A DNA stretch of 51,690 nucleotides, taken from positions 1 to 51,690 of the IMG/VR virus record IMGVR_UViG_3300037692_000175. One strand, 5' to 3'. Positions 18,065 through 27,179 of this stretch are shown piece after piece. The first letter of the stretch is position 1, and every line of letters begins with the position of its first letter. The notes beneath the pieces were generated by a model that searched no databases, was not told where the DNA came from, and saw only the letters and a list, made by a program, of their open reading frames with translations. Position numbers and translations under genes: made by a program. Origin of the DNA: a virus (Duplodnaviria > Caudoviricetes).

Positions 18065-20064
18065 TAGTGTGCCTCCGACCATGCTTCCCCCCAGCCAATG
18101 TCTACACCGAGGGGTACAGCGAGTTTGCGGAAGGGCAAGCCGAGTCTCTCAGGCAAGTCCTCGAACGGCGCTTCCATGATCTCCTGGATGAGTTCACACC
18201 CTTCATCCAAGTACTCGTTGGGGACCTCGAACAAGATCTCATCATGGATCTGCAAGATCTGAGCAATGCCCAAATTGTGGAGGCCGAGACTCTCTTCGCA
18301 GCGAAGCTGAGCCAGTCGAGCTACATCGGCAGCAGACCCCTGAATGGAGGTGTTCACTGCTTGCCGCATTGCTCGAGCAGCGTACATTCCCGGCCTCTCC
18401 GGGATGTACTTGCCCCACTTCTGACTGTAGAACCCCTCCTTCCAGTCCAGGTTCGCGTCTAGTAGACGCCGCTTGCGTCCGAGTATCGTAGATACCTCGC
18501 GCCGCTCCCGACAACTTGCATGCGTATGCTCGATGAAGGTCTTAACTCCGGGGTACGGCTGGAAGTAGATCTCCTTCTTGTCGCGAGCTTCCTCTACCTC
18601 AATGCCAAGCTTGGCAGCGAGAGCCATGTCGCCTTCACCATAGTTGATGCCAAACCCGATCGCCTTCGCTTCTTGTCGGTAGTCCATGAGCAGGATGACG
18701 CGAGGATCCCACTGGTCGCGCGGCACATGGTTTTTCTCGTAGATGCCTGCTTGCTTCTTGGCCTTGACCATGTCCTCGTAGGGCACGCCGTACATCACGG
18801 AGGCAGTACCCATGTGGATGTCCCATCCCTTGTTTATGACCTCGATCATTCTAGCGTCACCACTGATGGCGGCGAGTAGACGCATCTCGAGCTGCTTGTA
18901 GTCGGCAGCTACCAAGTTGTGACCGGTCTTCGGCATGAAGGCGCTGCGCAGACCATACACGTCGTTGTCTGGGCGAGGAACGTTCTGGAGGTTGGGGTCA
19001 CGTGAAGAGAGTCGTCCCGTCACGGTGATGTGTTGGGTAAGCATGGGGTGGATACGGAACCCATCGTCACAGCGAGCGATCATACCGTCAATGTAGGTAC
19101 CCTTGACCTTGTTTAGAGCTCGGTGCTCCAAGATCAATCTGCTGATCTCGCACCCCTCACCTTTCCAAATTTCCAGGACTGATTCGTCGGTAGACGGTTG
19201 CTTGTTCCCGCTCTTTCCTCCGCTCGTCATCTTGACAGGCTCACGGCCCAGGACATCAAAGAACAGATGTCGTAGTTCGTGAGGAGAGTTCGGGTTGATC
19301 TCTCTGCCCGCTACCTTGCACAGCGTGCGAAGGATGGCTCGCATGTCCTTCATGATAGGAGCTCGGATCTCTTCTAGCCACCCAACGTCAACCATGATTC
19401 CGCGTCGAATGCACTTGTAGAGGACCTTCGTGTAGGGAGCTTCCACCTTCTCGAAGGTGTCCCACATCGTCGTCCATTTGGTTGCTTCGATTTCTTCGAG
19501 CTTCGTCTTCAGATGCTTGTACACAGCCAAGCTGGCCCAGGCATCCATGGAGGCGTAGTCGTAGGCGGAGTCCGGCTCTTGTTGAACCATCCGCATCAGA
19601 GCATCTTGGTTGGTCTCCCCCTTCACCTTTTTGAACACGGACTTGAAGGACCGCATGTTCAAGCCAATATGATCTAGGGCCGTATCTTTCAGACCATGCC
19701 GACCAATCCTGTTCTCGTCATACAGCCAGTCCATCACCAAGGTGCAGTGAATGGGACCGGCCATCAGAGGGACACCAGAGTTGGCTAGCATGTTGTTGTC
19801 GAAGTTGGCGTTGGTCATGACCCACGTGATGTCTGGGTCTCTAGCTACTTCTTCACGGAAGACTTCGAGCATGGGACGTGACAAGGCGTACCGAGTGTTT
19901 AGATCTGGGCACAGCGACCAGAACATGACGTGGTCACGTGCAAGGTCTAGTCCAGTGGTCTCTGTATCGATTCCGCAAAGCTTGGTGTCCCGTATGTGAC
20001 GACATACCTGTAGTAGCCTATCCCCAGAGTCGATGTACTCCGGGGTCGGTAGTTTGTGCAGCAT
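18064..20064 (-). CDS. polA: Family A DNA polymerase with 3'-5' exonuclease
   Basis: ExoI GIDTETTG, NANFD, YASMDA; TGRLSSRDPNLQN, motif A ADYKQLEMR, motif B RQEAKAIGFGINYG, motif C QIHDEI; no 5'-3' exonuclease domain. Confidence 0.95.
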   Translation of the reverse strand: MLHKLPTPEYIDSGDRLLQVCRHIRDTKLCGIDTETTGLDLARDHVMFWSLCPDLNTRYALSRPMLEVFREEVARDPDITWVMTNANFDNNMLANSGVPLMAGPIHCTLVMDWLYDENRIGRHGLKDTALDHIGLNMRSFKSVFKKVKGETNQDALMRMVQQEPDSAYDYASMDAWASLAVYKHLKTKLEEIEATKWTTMWDTFEKVEAPYTKVLYKCIRRGIMVDVGWLEEIRAPIMKDMRAILRTLCKVAGREINPNSPHELRHLFFDVLGREPVKMTSGGKSGNKQPSTDESVLEIWKGEGCEISRLILEHRALNKVKGTYIDGMIARCDDGFRIHPMLTQHITVTGRLSSRDPNLQNVPRPDNDVYGLRSAFMPKTGHNLVAADYKQLEMRLLAAISGDARMIEVINKGWDIHMGTASVMYGVPYEDMVKAKKQAGIYEKNHVPRDQWDPRVILLMDYRQEAKAIGFGINYGEGDMALAAKLGIEVEEARDKKEIYFQPYPGVKTFIEHTHASCRERREVSTILGRKRRLLDANLDWKEGFYSQKWGKYIPERPGMYAARAMRQAVNTSIQGSAADVARLAQLRCEESLGLHNLGIAQILQIHDEILFEVPNEYLDEGCELIQEIMEAPFEDLPERLGLPFRKLAVPLGVDIGWGEAWSEAH

Positions 20065-20080
20065 GCCCTCTCCTAGAGGT

Positions 20081-20103
20081 GCCCGGGGGATGGCCCCCCG
20101 GGC
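20081..20103. other. Intergenic GC hairpin between SSB and DNA polymerase genes
   Basis: GCCCGGGGG/CCCCCGGGC with 5-nt loop; no U tract. Confidence 0.5.
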
Positions 20104-20114
20104 TTGAGGAACGA

Positions 20115-21326
20115 CTAGAACGGGATTTCGTCGTCGTCTACGTCTTCGCCCTCGTCAGACGCACCGTCCGGTTTGTCGTAGTCGGTGGTCTCCCGCTTGG
20201 CGTCAGCCGCCTTGTACGGGTTGCTGCACTTGTACCGCTCCGCCTGCTTGTCCAGGCTGTCAGGAGCGAACACCCGATGAAGGAACTCCTTCATCGGAAG
20301 GAGTTCCTGAAGCTCGGGCTCCAGCTCTTCCACGAACTCGTGACCGCTGATCACGAGTGTGGATTGAGTGCCGGTGCCTTCTCGACGCACGAATAGATCT
20401 ACGTCCCAGAGCTTGAGGGGGTTGGGGTCCTGACACTTGTTGCAGTCCGGAACTCCGATCAGCATCACTTCCTTCTTGCAGTGCGGGCACTGGACTTGAT
20501 CGCTGGTGTATTCATTGACCTCGGTCTTCGTCAGGTCTTTGTGCTTACCGAGCAGGTCCAGCACTTCGCCGTCGCACTCGGGGCATTCCCAGATGGGGAA
20601 GTCGATCTTTCCACCACAGGAGCACTCCTTCTGGAGATCTGCGATCTTAGCCGAGAGGATCAACAGATGGTTGATGCCCAGCGACCAGTGAACGAGGTTG
20701 CCCCATACGCGCTCCCATCCTTCTTTCTTGATCTTCCCTCTGCCGTATTTGGCGAGAGCCTCGTCTTCGTGGACCCGGTCAAAGATGACATCATCCTTCT
20801 TGTGGAACTTGGTGTCCCGCTGGTACGTGATGACTTCACCTTTCTCGGTCGTGGCTGGGATCAAGTAGTACCACGCCTTGTGCAAGGCCAGGAATCCGTT
20901 GAGACGCCGCCAGCTATAGGGCATGTCGGCGGTCTTTGTTCCGTCAGGCATATGCTCGCGTTCGTAGCACGGGATGCACTTGCCACTCCCGTGTACATCA
21001 CACTCATCGTCTTCGCTCCACACCTTGGAGCAGATCGATCCTCGCTGGAGTCGTCCACTGAAATGCTCCACGTACTCGAAGTACGGAACCGGAGAACCGT
21101 CGAACGCCTTGTACGAACCAGGAATGATCTGGATACGAGCGGGCTCGACGGGATCCAAGGGGCGCTTCGGGTTCGGGCTAGGCGGACGGAATCGGTGTTT
21201 GTTCTGAAAGATGGACATGGGTCCACCAGCGTTCTGATTCTTCTCGCTCCGCTTGAGAGCCTTGCGCCGCGCGTCACGGGCCCAGTTGCCGTGCTGTTCA
21301 TGGTTGTACGTTGGCTTAGTGGCCAT
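20115..21326 (-). CDS. Putative single-stranded DNA-binding protein with Zn-finger inserts
   Basis: 403 aa; acidic tail ending DDDEIPF like the SSB C-terminal peptide; HF...SIC...CIPC as in gp32-like proteins; extra CxxC pairs; lies between primase and polymerase. Confidence 0.65.
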   Translation of the reverse strand: MATKPTYNHEQHGNWARDARRKALKRSEKNQNAGGPMSIFQNKHRFRPPSPNPKRPLDPVEPARIQIIPGSYKAFDGSPVPYFEYVEHFSGRLQRGSICSKVWSEDDECDVHGSGKCIPCYEREHMPDGTKTADMPYSWRRLNGFLALHKAWYYLIPATTEKGEVITYQRDTKFHKKDDVIFDRVHEDEALAKYGRGKIKKEGWERVWGNLVHWSLGINHLLILSAKIADLQKECSCGGKIDFPIWECPECDGEVLDLLGKHKDLTKTEVNEYTSDQVQCPHCKKEVMLIGVPDCNKCQDPNPLKLWDVDLFVRREGTGTQSTLVISGHEFVEELEPELQELLPMKEFLHRVFAPDSLDKQAERYKCSNPYKAADAKRETTDYDKPDGASDEGEDVDDDEIPF

Positions 21327-22311
21327 ATTCTTTTCTCCAACTGCGGAAGCGGACTGGTGTGGTCAGCACTTCCATCAACTCGTCGCTGTTTAGATCATCC
21401 GGTTGTGCGCCATCCACAGCATCTTCTGGGTAGCAACACACGCCTACCTTGTGACTCGTATTGAGTCGGAGCCCCGCTTCGTACGTGCCTTTCATTGCCG
21501 AAGCGGTGTTGTCCAAGAGAATGTAGATGCTGCAATCAGTCCTCTGTAAGAGGGTTTGTTGCATCCTCGACATGTACGTTCCTTGGAGAGCGACTGTGTT
21601 CCAAGCGCCATGCTGGATCAGCCATAGTGCGGCTTTGTACCCTTCGACCACGAAGATATGATCGAGGTTCCCGTGGAGTGCTTCCGGCATTACCCGGTCC
21701 ATGTTCCATAGGAAGTGCTTCTTCTCGAAGACGTACCCTTTGTATCGATCCGAGAACCTCAGAAAGTCCTGCTCCTTGTAGATTTTGTACCGAGGTTGCT
21801 CGTCCGTGACGGTTCTCCCTGCAATACCCATCAGTACGCCGAGGTGAGAACGGATAGGGAAGGTGATTCGCATCTGATCTTTGTCAAATCCGATGTCGTA
21901 CCTGCGTAGAACATCTTTGTCGAACCCAGCATCCAGTAGACGCTTCGGGCAGTAGTCGAAGATCCCCAGCATCCCCTCACTCAGAGGCATGTGGTTTTTG
22001 AGGGCGTCTTTCCGTGGGTTAAGTTCGGTGTTGACCTTGGCCGTTATCTCGGCGCCAACACGATCCATGACGCTGGTACGTAGCTTAGAAGAGGCCCCCA
22101 GCTCCTTCATGAACGTGGCCAGGTTTCCGCGAGTCTGACAAGAGTGACAGATGAACATCCCATTCACCGTGGAGATGTAGAAAGCTCCAACACTCTTCTC
22201 TTCATGGAAGGGGCACGGACCACTGATGTTGTTGCCGTCACTGGTCGGTCTCCACCACTCGAGGTACTTATCCGCGAGGAACTCCACGACAGACTTCATC
22301 TCGGTGCTCAT
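21316..22311 (-). CDS. dnaG: DNA primase (CHC2 Zn finger + Toprim)
   Basis: CPFHEE...FICHSC; RITFPI...AGR...PRYK; VVEGY...LLDN...QPDD. Confidence 0.9.
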   Translation of the reverse strand: MSTEMKSVVEFLADKYLEWWRPTSDGNNISGPCPFHEEKSVGAFYISTVNGMFICHSCQTRGNLATFMKELGASSKLRTSVMDRVGAEITAKVNTELNPRKDALKNHMPLSEGMLGIFDYCPKRLLDAGFDKDVLRRYDIGFDKDQMRITFPIRSHLGVLMGIAGRTVTDEQPRYKIYKEQDFLRFSDRYKGYVFEKKHFLWNMDRVMPEALHGNLDHIFVVEGYKAALWLIQHGAWNTVALQGTYMSRMQQTLLQRTDCSIYILLDNTASAMKGTYEAGLRLNTSHKVGVCCYPEDAVDGAQPDDLNSDELMEVLTTPVRFRSWRKEYGH

Positions 22312-23807
22312 TACGCCCCCTTCTTCTTGAAGTGCTTCCTCATTTCCCGCAGGGGGAGCGCCCTCTCTTGGGACATGCGCTTTGAGGCAGCCTCTTCTTC
22401 TCGGGCCATGGCGTCTTCTTCAGCTTTGAACTGAGCTTGGATCTGTCGTTGGGACTCGAAGATCTGCTTGAGTTGAAACCTGATGGCCGGCTCGGCAGAC
22501 AAAAGGAACCCAGGCAACTTGATCTCTCTGGCACCAGAGATGACACAAGCCAGGTCCACATCTCCTCCCTCCTTCTCAGTCTTGATCACACGGATAGCTA
22601 AGTGACACGCCTGTGCGAACGTGTCTCCGTAGGCTATCTCCGCCATCGTCGAACCTTTTGTCTGCTCGCCAGACCTATTGGCTTGAGAGGTAGCAAGGAT
22701 GGGGATCTGGTAGTTGCTGGCCATGTTGGATAGGCCATAGGCTATCTCAGCAATGTCCTGCCACTTGGCTTGCTTGCCAGATCCCTTTGCTGCTTCCATC
22801 AAGTAGACGGAGTCCACGAACACAATGTCCGGCTCGAACAGATCTATCTTGGACTGTAGGGAAGCTAGTCCTCCCCCTGCATTCTTGCCGGCCCATCCTG
22901 TCGTGATGAGGAGAGACTTGTCTCGCTTGTTGTTGTCGGTACTGTTCCTCTCTTCCTCATCTTTGATCCAGTCCACTAGGTCAAAGAAGTCATCTTCCTC
23001 ATCTTTGGAGAGCTGTCCGTTTCTGAAATTCATGTAGTCTACGGCCAGCATACGGGCTACAAAGCGCGTTCTCATCTGTTCGGGTGTCATCTCCTTGGTG
23101 AAGATCATCACCCGGCAGTTGTGGTGTTGGTAGCACTCGACGGCAGCATCTATCAGGAGCCACGTCTTCATGCTCTTCGGTCGCCCGTACAGAAGGATGA
23201 AGTCTCCCTTCTGCATTCCGCGTGATTCCTCATTGAGCGGGTGGTGCTGTCGCTGCGTCTTCTGGAGTATCTTGGGCTTGCCATTCTCGTCGTGGTATCC
23301 CCAGCCGACTGGGAAGGGGATACCGAGGTACCCCGTGGCATCCCTGGCCAAGATATATTCGTTCCTGATGTCGCGCATGGAGTCGGAGAGGATGATGTCC
23401 CTGCTCACGCTGCTCACCGTCTGGAGTGCCTTGCACTCTTCAACCATGGTGTTCAGACATTCGTGTGGGTCATCCTCGAAGTCGTCAGAGGCGTTGTCCA
23501 AGATCCCTTCGATCTTTTTCTTCAGCCACTCGACACGTACACGATGAGCTAGGGATACCACCGTGTAGTGAGGGTCCGCGTCAGGGAACGACGCTGACAT
23601 TGACTCGAACTCTTTATCTATGATGTCCCACCCAGGGACGATGTTCCTCGCGTGATCTGAGTGGTAGTGCCTCCAGATGTACTCGAAGACCAACCTGTTC
23701 TCATGGACCAAGAACATTTCGGACGTGAGACCATAGTCCAAAGCTGCACGGAGATCTTTGGTCTCTATGATCTTAGACAGCAGTTGGAGTTCGACACTCG
23801 TAGCCAT
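22311..23807 (-). CDS. dnaB: DnaB-like replicative helicase
   Basis: Walker A YGRPKSMKT, FTKEM, VFVDSVYL, TSQANR, AYGD. Confidence 0.85.
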   Translation of the reverse strand: MATSVELQLLSKIIETKDLRAALDYGLTSEMFLVHENRLVFEYIWRHYHSDHARNIVPGWDIIDKEFESMSASFPDADPHYTVVSLAHRVRVEWLKKKIEGILDNASDDFEDDPHECLNTMVEECKALQTVSSVSRDIILSDSMRDIRNEYILARDATGYLGIPFPVGWGYHDENGKPKILQKTQRQHHPLNEESRGMQKGDFILLYGRPKSMKTWLLIDAAVECYQHHNCRVMIFTKEMTPEQMRTRFVARMLAVDYMNFRNGQLSKDEEDDFFDLVDWIKDEEERNSTDNNKRDKSLLITTGWAGKNAGGGLASLQSKIDLFEPDIVFVDSVYLMEAAKGSGKQAKWQDIAEIAYGLSNMASNYQIPILATSQANRSGEQTKGSTMAEIAYGDTFAQACHLAIRVIKTEKEGGDVDLACVISGAREIKLPGFLLSAEPAIRFQLKQIFESQRQIQAQFKAEEDAMAREEEAASKRMSQERALPLREMRKHFKKKGA

Positions 23808-24182
23808 TTACGCTTCTCGGATTCCGACGATGTGTCCTTTGTTGAGGATCAACTCCCTACCTTCGTGTAGGACAGCAATGTTGTATCGGTCCGTCCACAA
23901 GAGCTTTACCCCCGCGAGTAGTCTGCCCCGCTGGGGCCCGTCTATGGCGTCGATGTTGTTGATGTCCACGACCAGGTAGACCCAAACCTCCTTACCGATC
24001 ATTCTAGAGATGTGGCTGTGCCAGTTGTCTTTGACCTGGAGGATGTCCTTGAGGATTCCTATTGTCTTACTGAGTTCTCTGACCTGCGTCCTCAGTGCGG
24101 CCAGCTCTGCTTGAAGCTGTGTGCTTGAGGACGCTTTATCAGGCTGGCTGCTGGGTCGCCTGCGCCTTTGTCCATCTCCCAT
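23808..24182 (-). CDS. Coiled-coil plus Hfq/Sm-like domain protein
   Basis: KEVWVYL...LAGVKLLWTDRYNIAV...LILNKGHIVGI parallels Hfq Sm1/Sm2 motifs; AGGAGG RBS. Confidence 0.55.
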   Translation of the reverse strand: MGDGQRRRRPSSQPDKASSSTQLQAELAALRTQVRELSKTIGILKDILQVKDNWHSHISRMIGKEVWVYLVVDINNIDAIDGPQRGRLLAGVKLLWTDRYNIAVLHEGRELILNKGHIVGIREA

Positions 24183-24197
24183 TGGTTCCTCCTAGGG

Positions 24198-24219
24198 GAG
24201 GGGGGCTTAAGCCCCCCCT
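24198..24219. other. Intergenic GC hairpin
   Basis: GGGGGGC-TTAA-GCCCCCC between the DUF932-like and Hfq-like genes. Confidence 0.5.
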
Positions 24220-24223
24220 TCTG

Positions 24224-25357
24224 CTAGATGCGAGCTTGAGACATGTACTTGCCGGCGAGCTCTTCGATCTCGTATCGCTTGTCCATGTCGGTTTCTTGGT
24301 GAGCTGCGCGGGTGAGCGCTTGGAGCACACCATACCCACTCATCAGGGGCTCTTCCTCGTAGGCTTTGATCACAGCTTCGATGAAGGTCTTTGACGCCTT
24401 GTTCTTCTCGAGGAACTTGGTGATCTCCTCTTTCGGGTCACCGATGATGCGGTCCTTCAAGCCGGCCATGCGGCGCTGGTTCAGGTCCCACACACCTGGC
24501 ATCTTGCGGAAAGCGCTGTCCAGCAGGACGTCGATACCCTCGTCCTCGATGCCGCGATGCATCCGGTACATCAGTCGTCCATCACTGATGGTCACGATGG
24601 CGCCGTTCAAGCAGACCAAGCGGAACGTGGTGGCGTCGATGGTCACGGCCGTGTACCCAACCTCGCTGTTGCGAACGTGGAAGCCTTGGTACACCCAGTC
24701 GGCGTCCGGCAGCAAGCCCTCTCGCTCCGCCATGTCGTAGATGCCACGAACACGCGGGTCTGAGTGTCCTCGATCGATGTCTCCCATGTTCACGGGAGGA
24801 CCGACGACCGAGTAGTGGCTTGCCTTCTCGTTGTAGAAGTCCGTGCCGAGGTGGTTCTTGATGAAGCTGAGCTCGTCCATCCGTCCACGGAACTTCGCCG
24901 CCAAGCGACCGAAGACGCGAATGTCATCGATGGAGGAGTACGTGGGCGACAGGACAGCTCGCAGGAAGCCATCTGCCTTCTTGGCCCCGGGGTCCCCTTT
25001 CTTGAAGCGGCGGGCTCTGAGCTTGCTACTCTGCCCGGTACGGGAGAACCGACGTTGCATCTCCTGCTGGATCTCCTCGGGCTTGACGGTGTCCGGGTTG
25101 AACCACTTGTTCCATTGGACGCCGAGCATACCGCCGAGCTGCCTTCGGCTCCAGTCGGTCATGTTGAGGATACCGATGCCCGGGACTTCCAGAGCGACAT
25201 CGGGGTGTTCTTGACTACCAGCCTTGCAAACGCGGACGTCTTTCAGATCTACCACCCTATCCGGGTAGTTGAGATCGTGGAGATCCGTGATGCGCTCGAG
25301 CACGGTATCAAATTTGGTTACCTTCTTCTGCTTCATCAGCAAGCCCAGCGGGTTCAT
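24224..25357 (-). CDS. DUF932-like protein
   Basis: RAVLSPTY..IDD, GFHVRNSEVG...FRLVCLNG...H and YGVLQALT..A resemble DUF932; start uncertain. Confidence 0.65.
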   Translation of the reverse strand: MNPLGLLMKQKKVTKFDTVLERITDLHDLNYPDRVVDLKDVRVCKAGSQEHPDVALEVPGIGILNMTDWSRRQLGGMLGVQWNKWFNPDTVKPEEIQQEMQRRFSRTGQSSKLRARRFKKGDPGAKKADGFLRAVLSPTYSSIDDIRVFGRLAAKFRGRMDELSFIKNHLGTDFYNEKASHYSVVGPPVNMGDIDRGHSDPRVRGIYDMAEREGLLPDADWVYQGFHVRNSEVGYTAVTIDATTFRLVCLNGAIVTISDGRLMYRMHRGIEDEGIDVLLDSAFRKMPGVWDLNQRRMAGLKDRIIGDPKEEITKFLEKNKASKTFIEAVIKAYEEEPLMSGYGVLQALTRAAHQETDMDKRYEIEELAGKYMSQARI

Positions 25358-25640
25358 GATGTATGCCTGTCCCTTCTTCTTGAGTAGTGGCGAGGTTCTC
25401 GCGAAAGAGGACGACGGCTGCGTCATCCTCCAGTGCAGCTACCAACTGTGACAGGAGCTCTTTGGTCCTGGCACTCATGATGGGTTGACCAGGTAGCGTG
25501 GCCATCCCGAACATTTGACCTGTCTCAGCATCGACGTATCCGAACTTCATCGTGATCGTATCTCCCTGTCCCAGACGATCTACTCGAAGCTCCCCCAACG
25601 TGACGGCGTTGAATCTGGGTGCCCCAGTGACCTTTCTCAT
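25308..25640 (-). CDS. Hypothetical protein
   Basis: 110 aa; ATGA coupling with the upstream gene. Confidence 0.55.
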   Translation of the reverse strand: MRKVTGAPRFNAVTLGELRVDRLGQGDTITMKFGYVDAETGQMFGMATLPGQPIMSARTKELLSQLVAALEDDAAVVLFRENLATTQEEGTGIHHEPAGLADEAEEGNQI

Positions 25641-25996
25641 TCGTCACCGTTCAGATAGGCATCTAGGTCCCGTCGTACCTTCACCGCGTTGTGCGTCATG
25701 AACTTGTGGGCCAACTCGCTAGCCGTGTCGTTGGCCCGCTCCAGAGAGACTAGATCTGAGTCGCACGGAATGGTCACGCTCGAGGTGGACTCGATGGTCA
25801 TCCCAGAGCTTTGGTCAGACGCCCAGAATTTCATGCCGTGCGTCACACTCACAGATGCAGGACCGGGGGGTATCTCGGTGGTCACCAGGTCGTGACTACT
25901 TGTTTCACGAACCGGCTGCTTCCTTTTCTTGACGGAGATTACGCTGCTAATCACAGCGGGTCCCCTTGTCTTCCTCTGTGGAGGTTTTCTTACCAT
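25637..25996 (-). CDS. Hypothetical protein
   Basis: 119 aa; stop/start overlap on both sides. Confidence 0.6.
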   Translation of the reverse strand: MVRKPPQRKTRGPAVISSVISVKKRKQPVRETSSHDLVTTEIPPGPASVSVTHGMKFWASDQSSGMTIESTSSVTIPCDSDLVSLERANDTASELAHKFMTHNAVKVRRDLDAYLNGDE

Positions 25997-26448
25997 CAGA
26001 TCTTCAGCTCCTTCGGTACACCGGGCATCAGTGCCACGGTTGGTGGAGTCTCTTGGAAAGCTTGGTAGGCCGCGTCTCGATCCAACTCACCTTGTCGAAT
26101 GAGTTGCTCCAGCTTCGAGACGTCAACCACATAGTCTACGACTTCTTTCAAGAACAGCTCACTGACCTCCGCTGGGAACAAGCTGGCCAGCATCGTTCCA
26201 TCCCATCTAGTGCCGCTCTTCTTGATCGCTCCAAACCTACCCACGACCATGCGCTGTTCGTTCGAGTTTTTCAGTTCTCCTTTGACTGCGACTGACGCTT
26301 CCTTGAGCGATGCGTTGAAGTTCTCGACGAGTCTCCTGAGCTCGTCCATGAACTCTTCGTTGTCTGTCATGAACTCTTGGAGTTCGTTGTTTGCCTCCTC
26401 GAACTTCTGTGAAGCTCGCTGTGCAGCAGTGATCACTGGCTGATTCAT
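25996..26448 (-). CDS. Hypothetical coiled-coil protein
   Basis: 150 aa from ATG 26448, overlapping the UDG stop (start trimmed from the 26643 call). Confidence 0.65.
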   Translation of the reverse strand: MNQPVITAAQRASQKFEEANNELQEFMTDNEEFMDELRRLVENFNASLKEASVAVKGELKNSNEQRMVVGRFGAIKKSGTRWDGTMLASLFPAEVSELFLKEVVDYVVDVSKLEQLIRQGELDRDAAYQAFQETPPTVALMPGVPKELKI

Positions 26449-27179
26449 TTGGGAAGACTCCCCATAGTTGCGAATAGGTCTTTGGTGGTGAAGGGGCGCT
26501 CTGGCATTTCCTCGCCCCAATACAGGTTCCTCATTCTGTCGACGAAGTAGATCGCCCGCTGCCAAGCTACGAGCGTCTGGTGCCAGGGACCACCCTTGAA
26601 GATGTCTCCACTTCGCATGAGGTGGGCCGGGTGGTGCATGCACATGACGGGGTACACGATCTTCTTGGCGCGACCTTGTACTGTGCAGCTTTTTATCTTC
26701 CCTTGGATCTGATGCATGTTGATAGACCGCTGTCCCGTGACTTCTTGGATAGTGGGCTTACCCATGGCTATGATCAAAAGTGGATCCAAGATGTACAGCG
26801 TCTCTTCCCACAGTGGTCTACAAGCAGCTCGCTCGATCAGGCTAGGCTCTCTGTTCTCAGTTCTCTTCTTGCCGAAGCTGTCTCGAGTAGTGCTGAAGGG
26901 ACGGCACGACACGATGTTCATGTAGAACATGTCGTTCTTCCGAACCCTCACCTCTTTGCAGTAGTCATCTATGACAAAGCCGCTGTCCCCAACGAAAGGG
27001 GCGCCGTCTGCATCCTCATCCTCTCCAGGACTGATGCCTATGACGACGATGTCGGCGGAAGGGTTTCCATCAGGAAATACGATCTGGGTTCTGGTTTCGT
27101 GCAGTGGGCACTTCTTGCATTCGTCCCATCTGCTGAAGACTTCTAGGAGCGCATTCGCTCTGCGATCCCGTTCACTCAT
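26445..27179 (-). CDS. udg: Uracil-DNA glycosylase, family 4
   Basis: CKKCPL..TR...VFPDGNP.A..V.IG..PG..ED..G.PFVG.SG, N.V.CRP, AC, HPA. Confidence 0.9.
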   Translation of the reverse strand: MSERDRRANALLEVFSRWDECKKCPLHETRTQIVFPDGNPSADIVVIGISPGEDEDADGAPFVGDSGFVIDDYCKEVRVRKNDMFYMNIVSCRPFSTTRDSFGKKRTENREPSLIERAACRPLWEETLYILDPLLIIAMGKPTIQEVTGQRSINMHQIQGKIKSCTVQGRAKKIVYPVMCMHHPAHLMRSGDIFKGGPWHQTLVAWQRAIYFVDRMRNLYWGEEMPERPFTTKDLFATMGSLPK

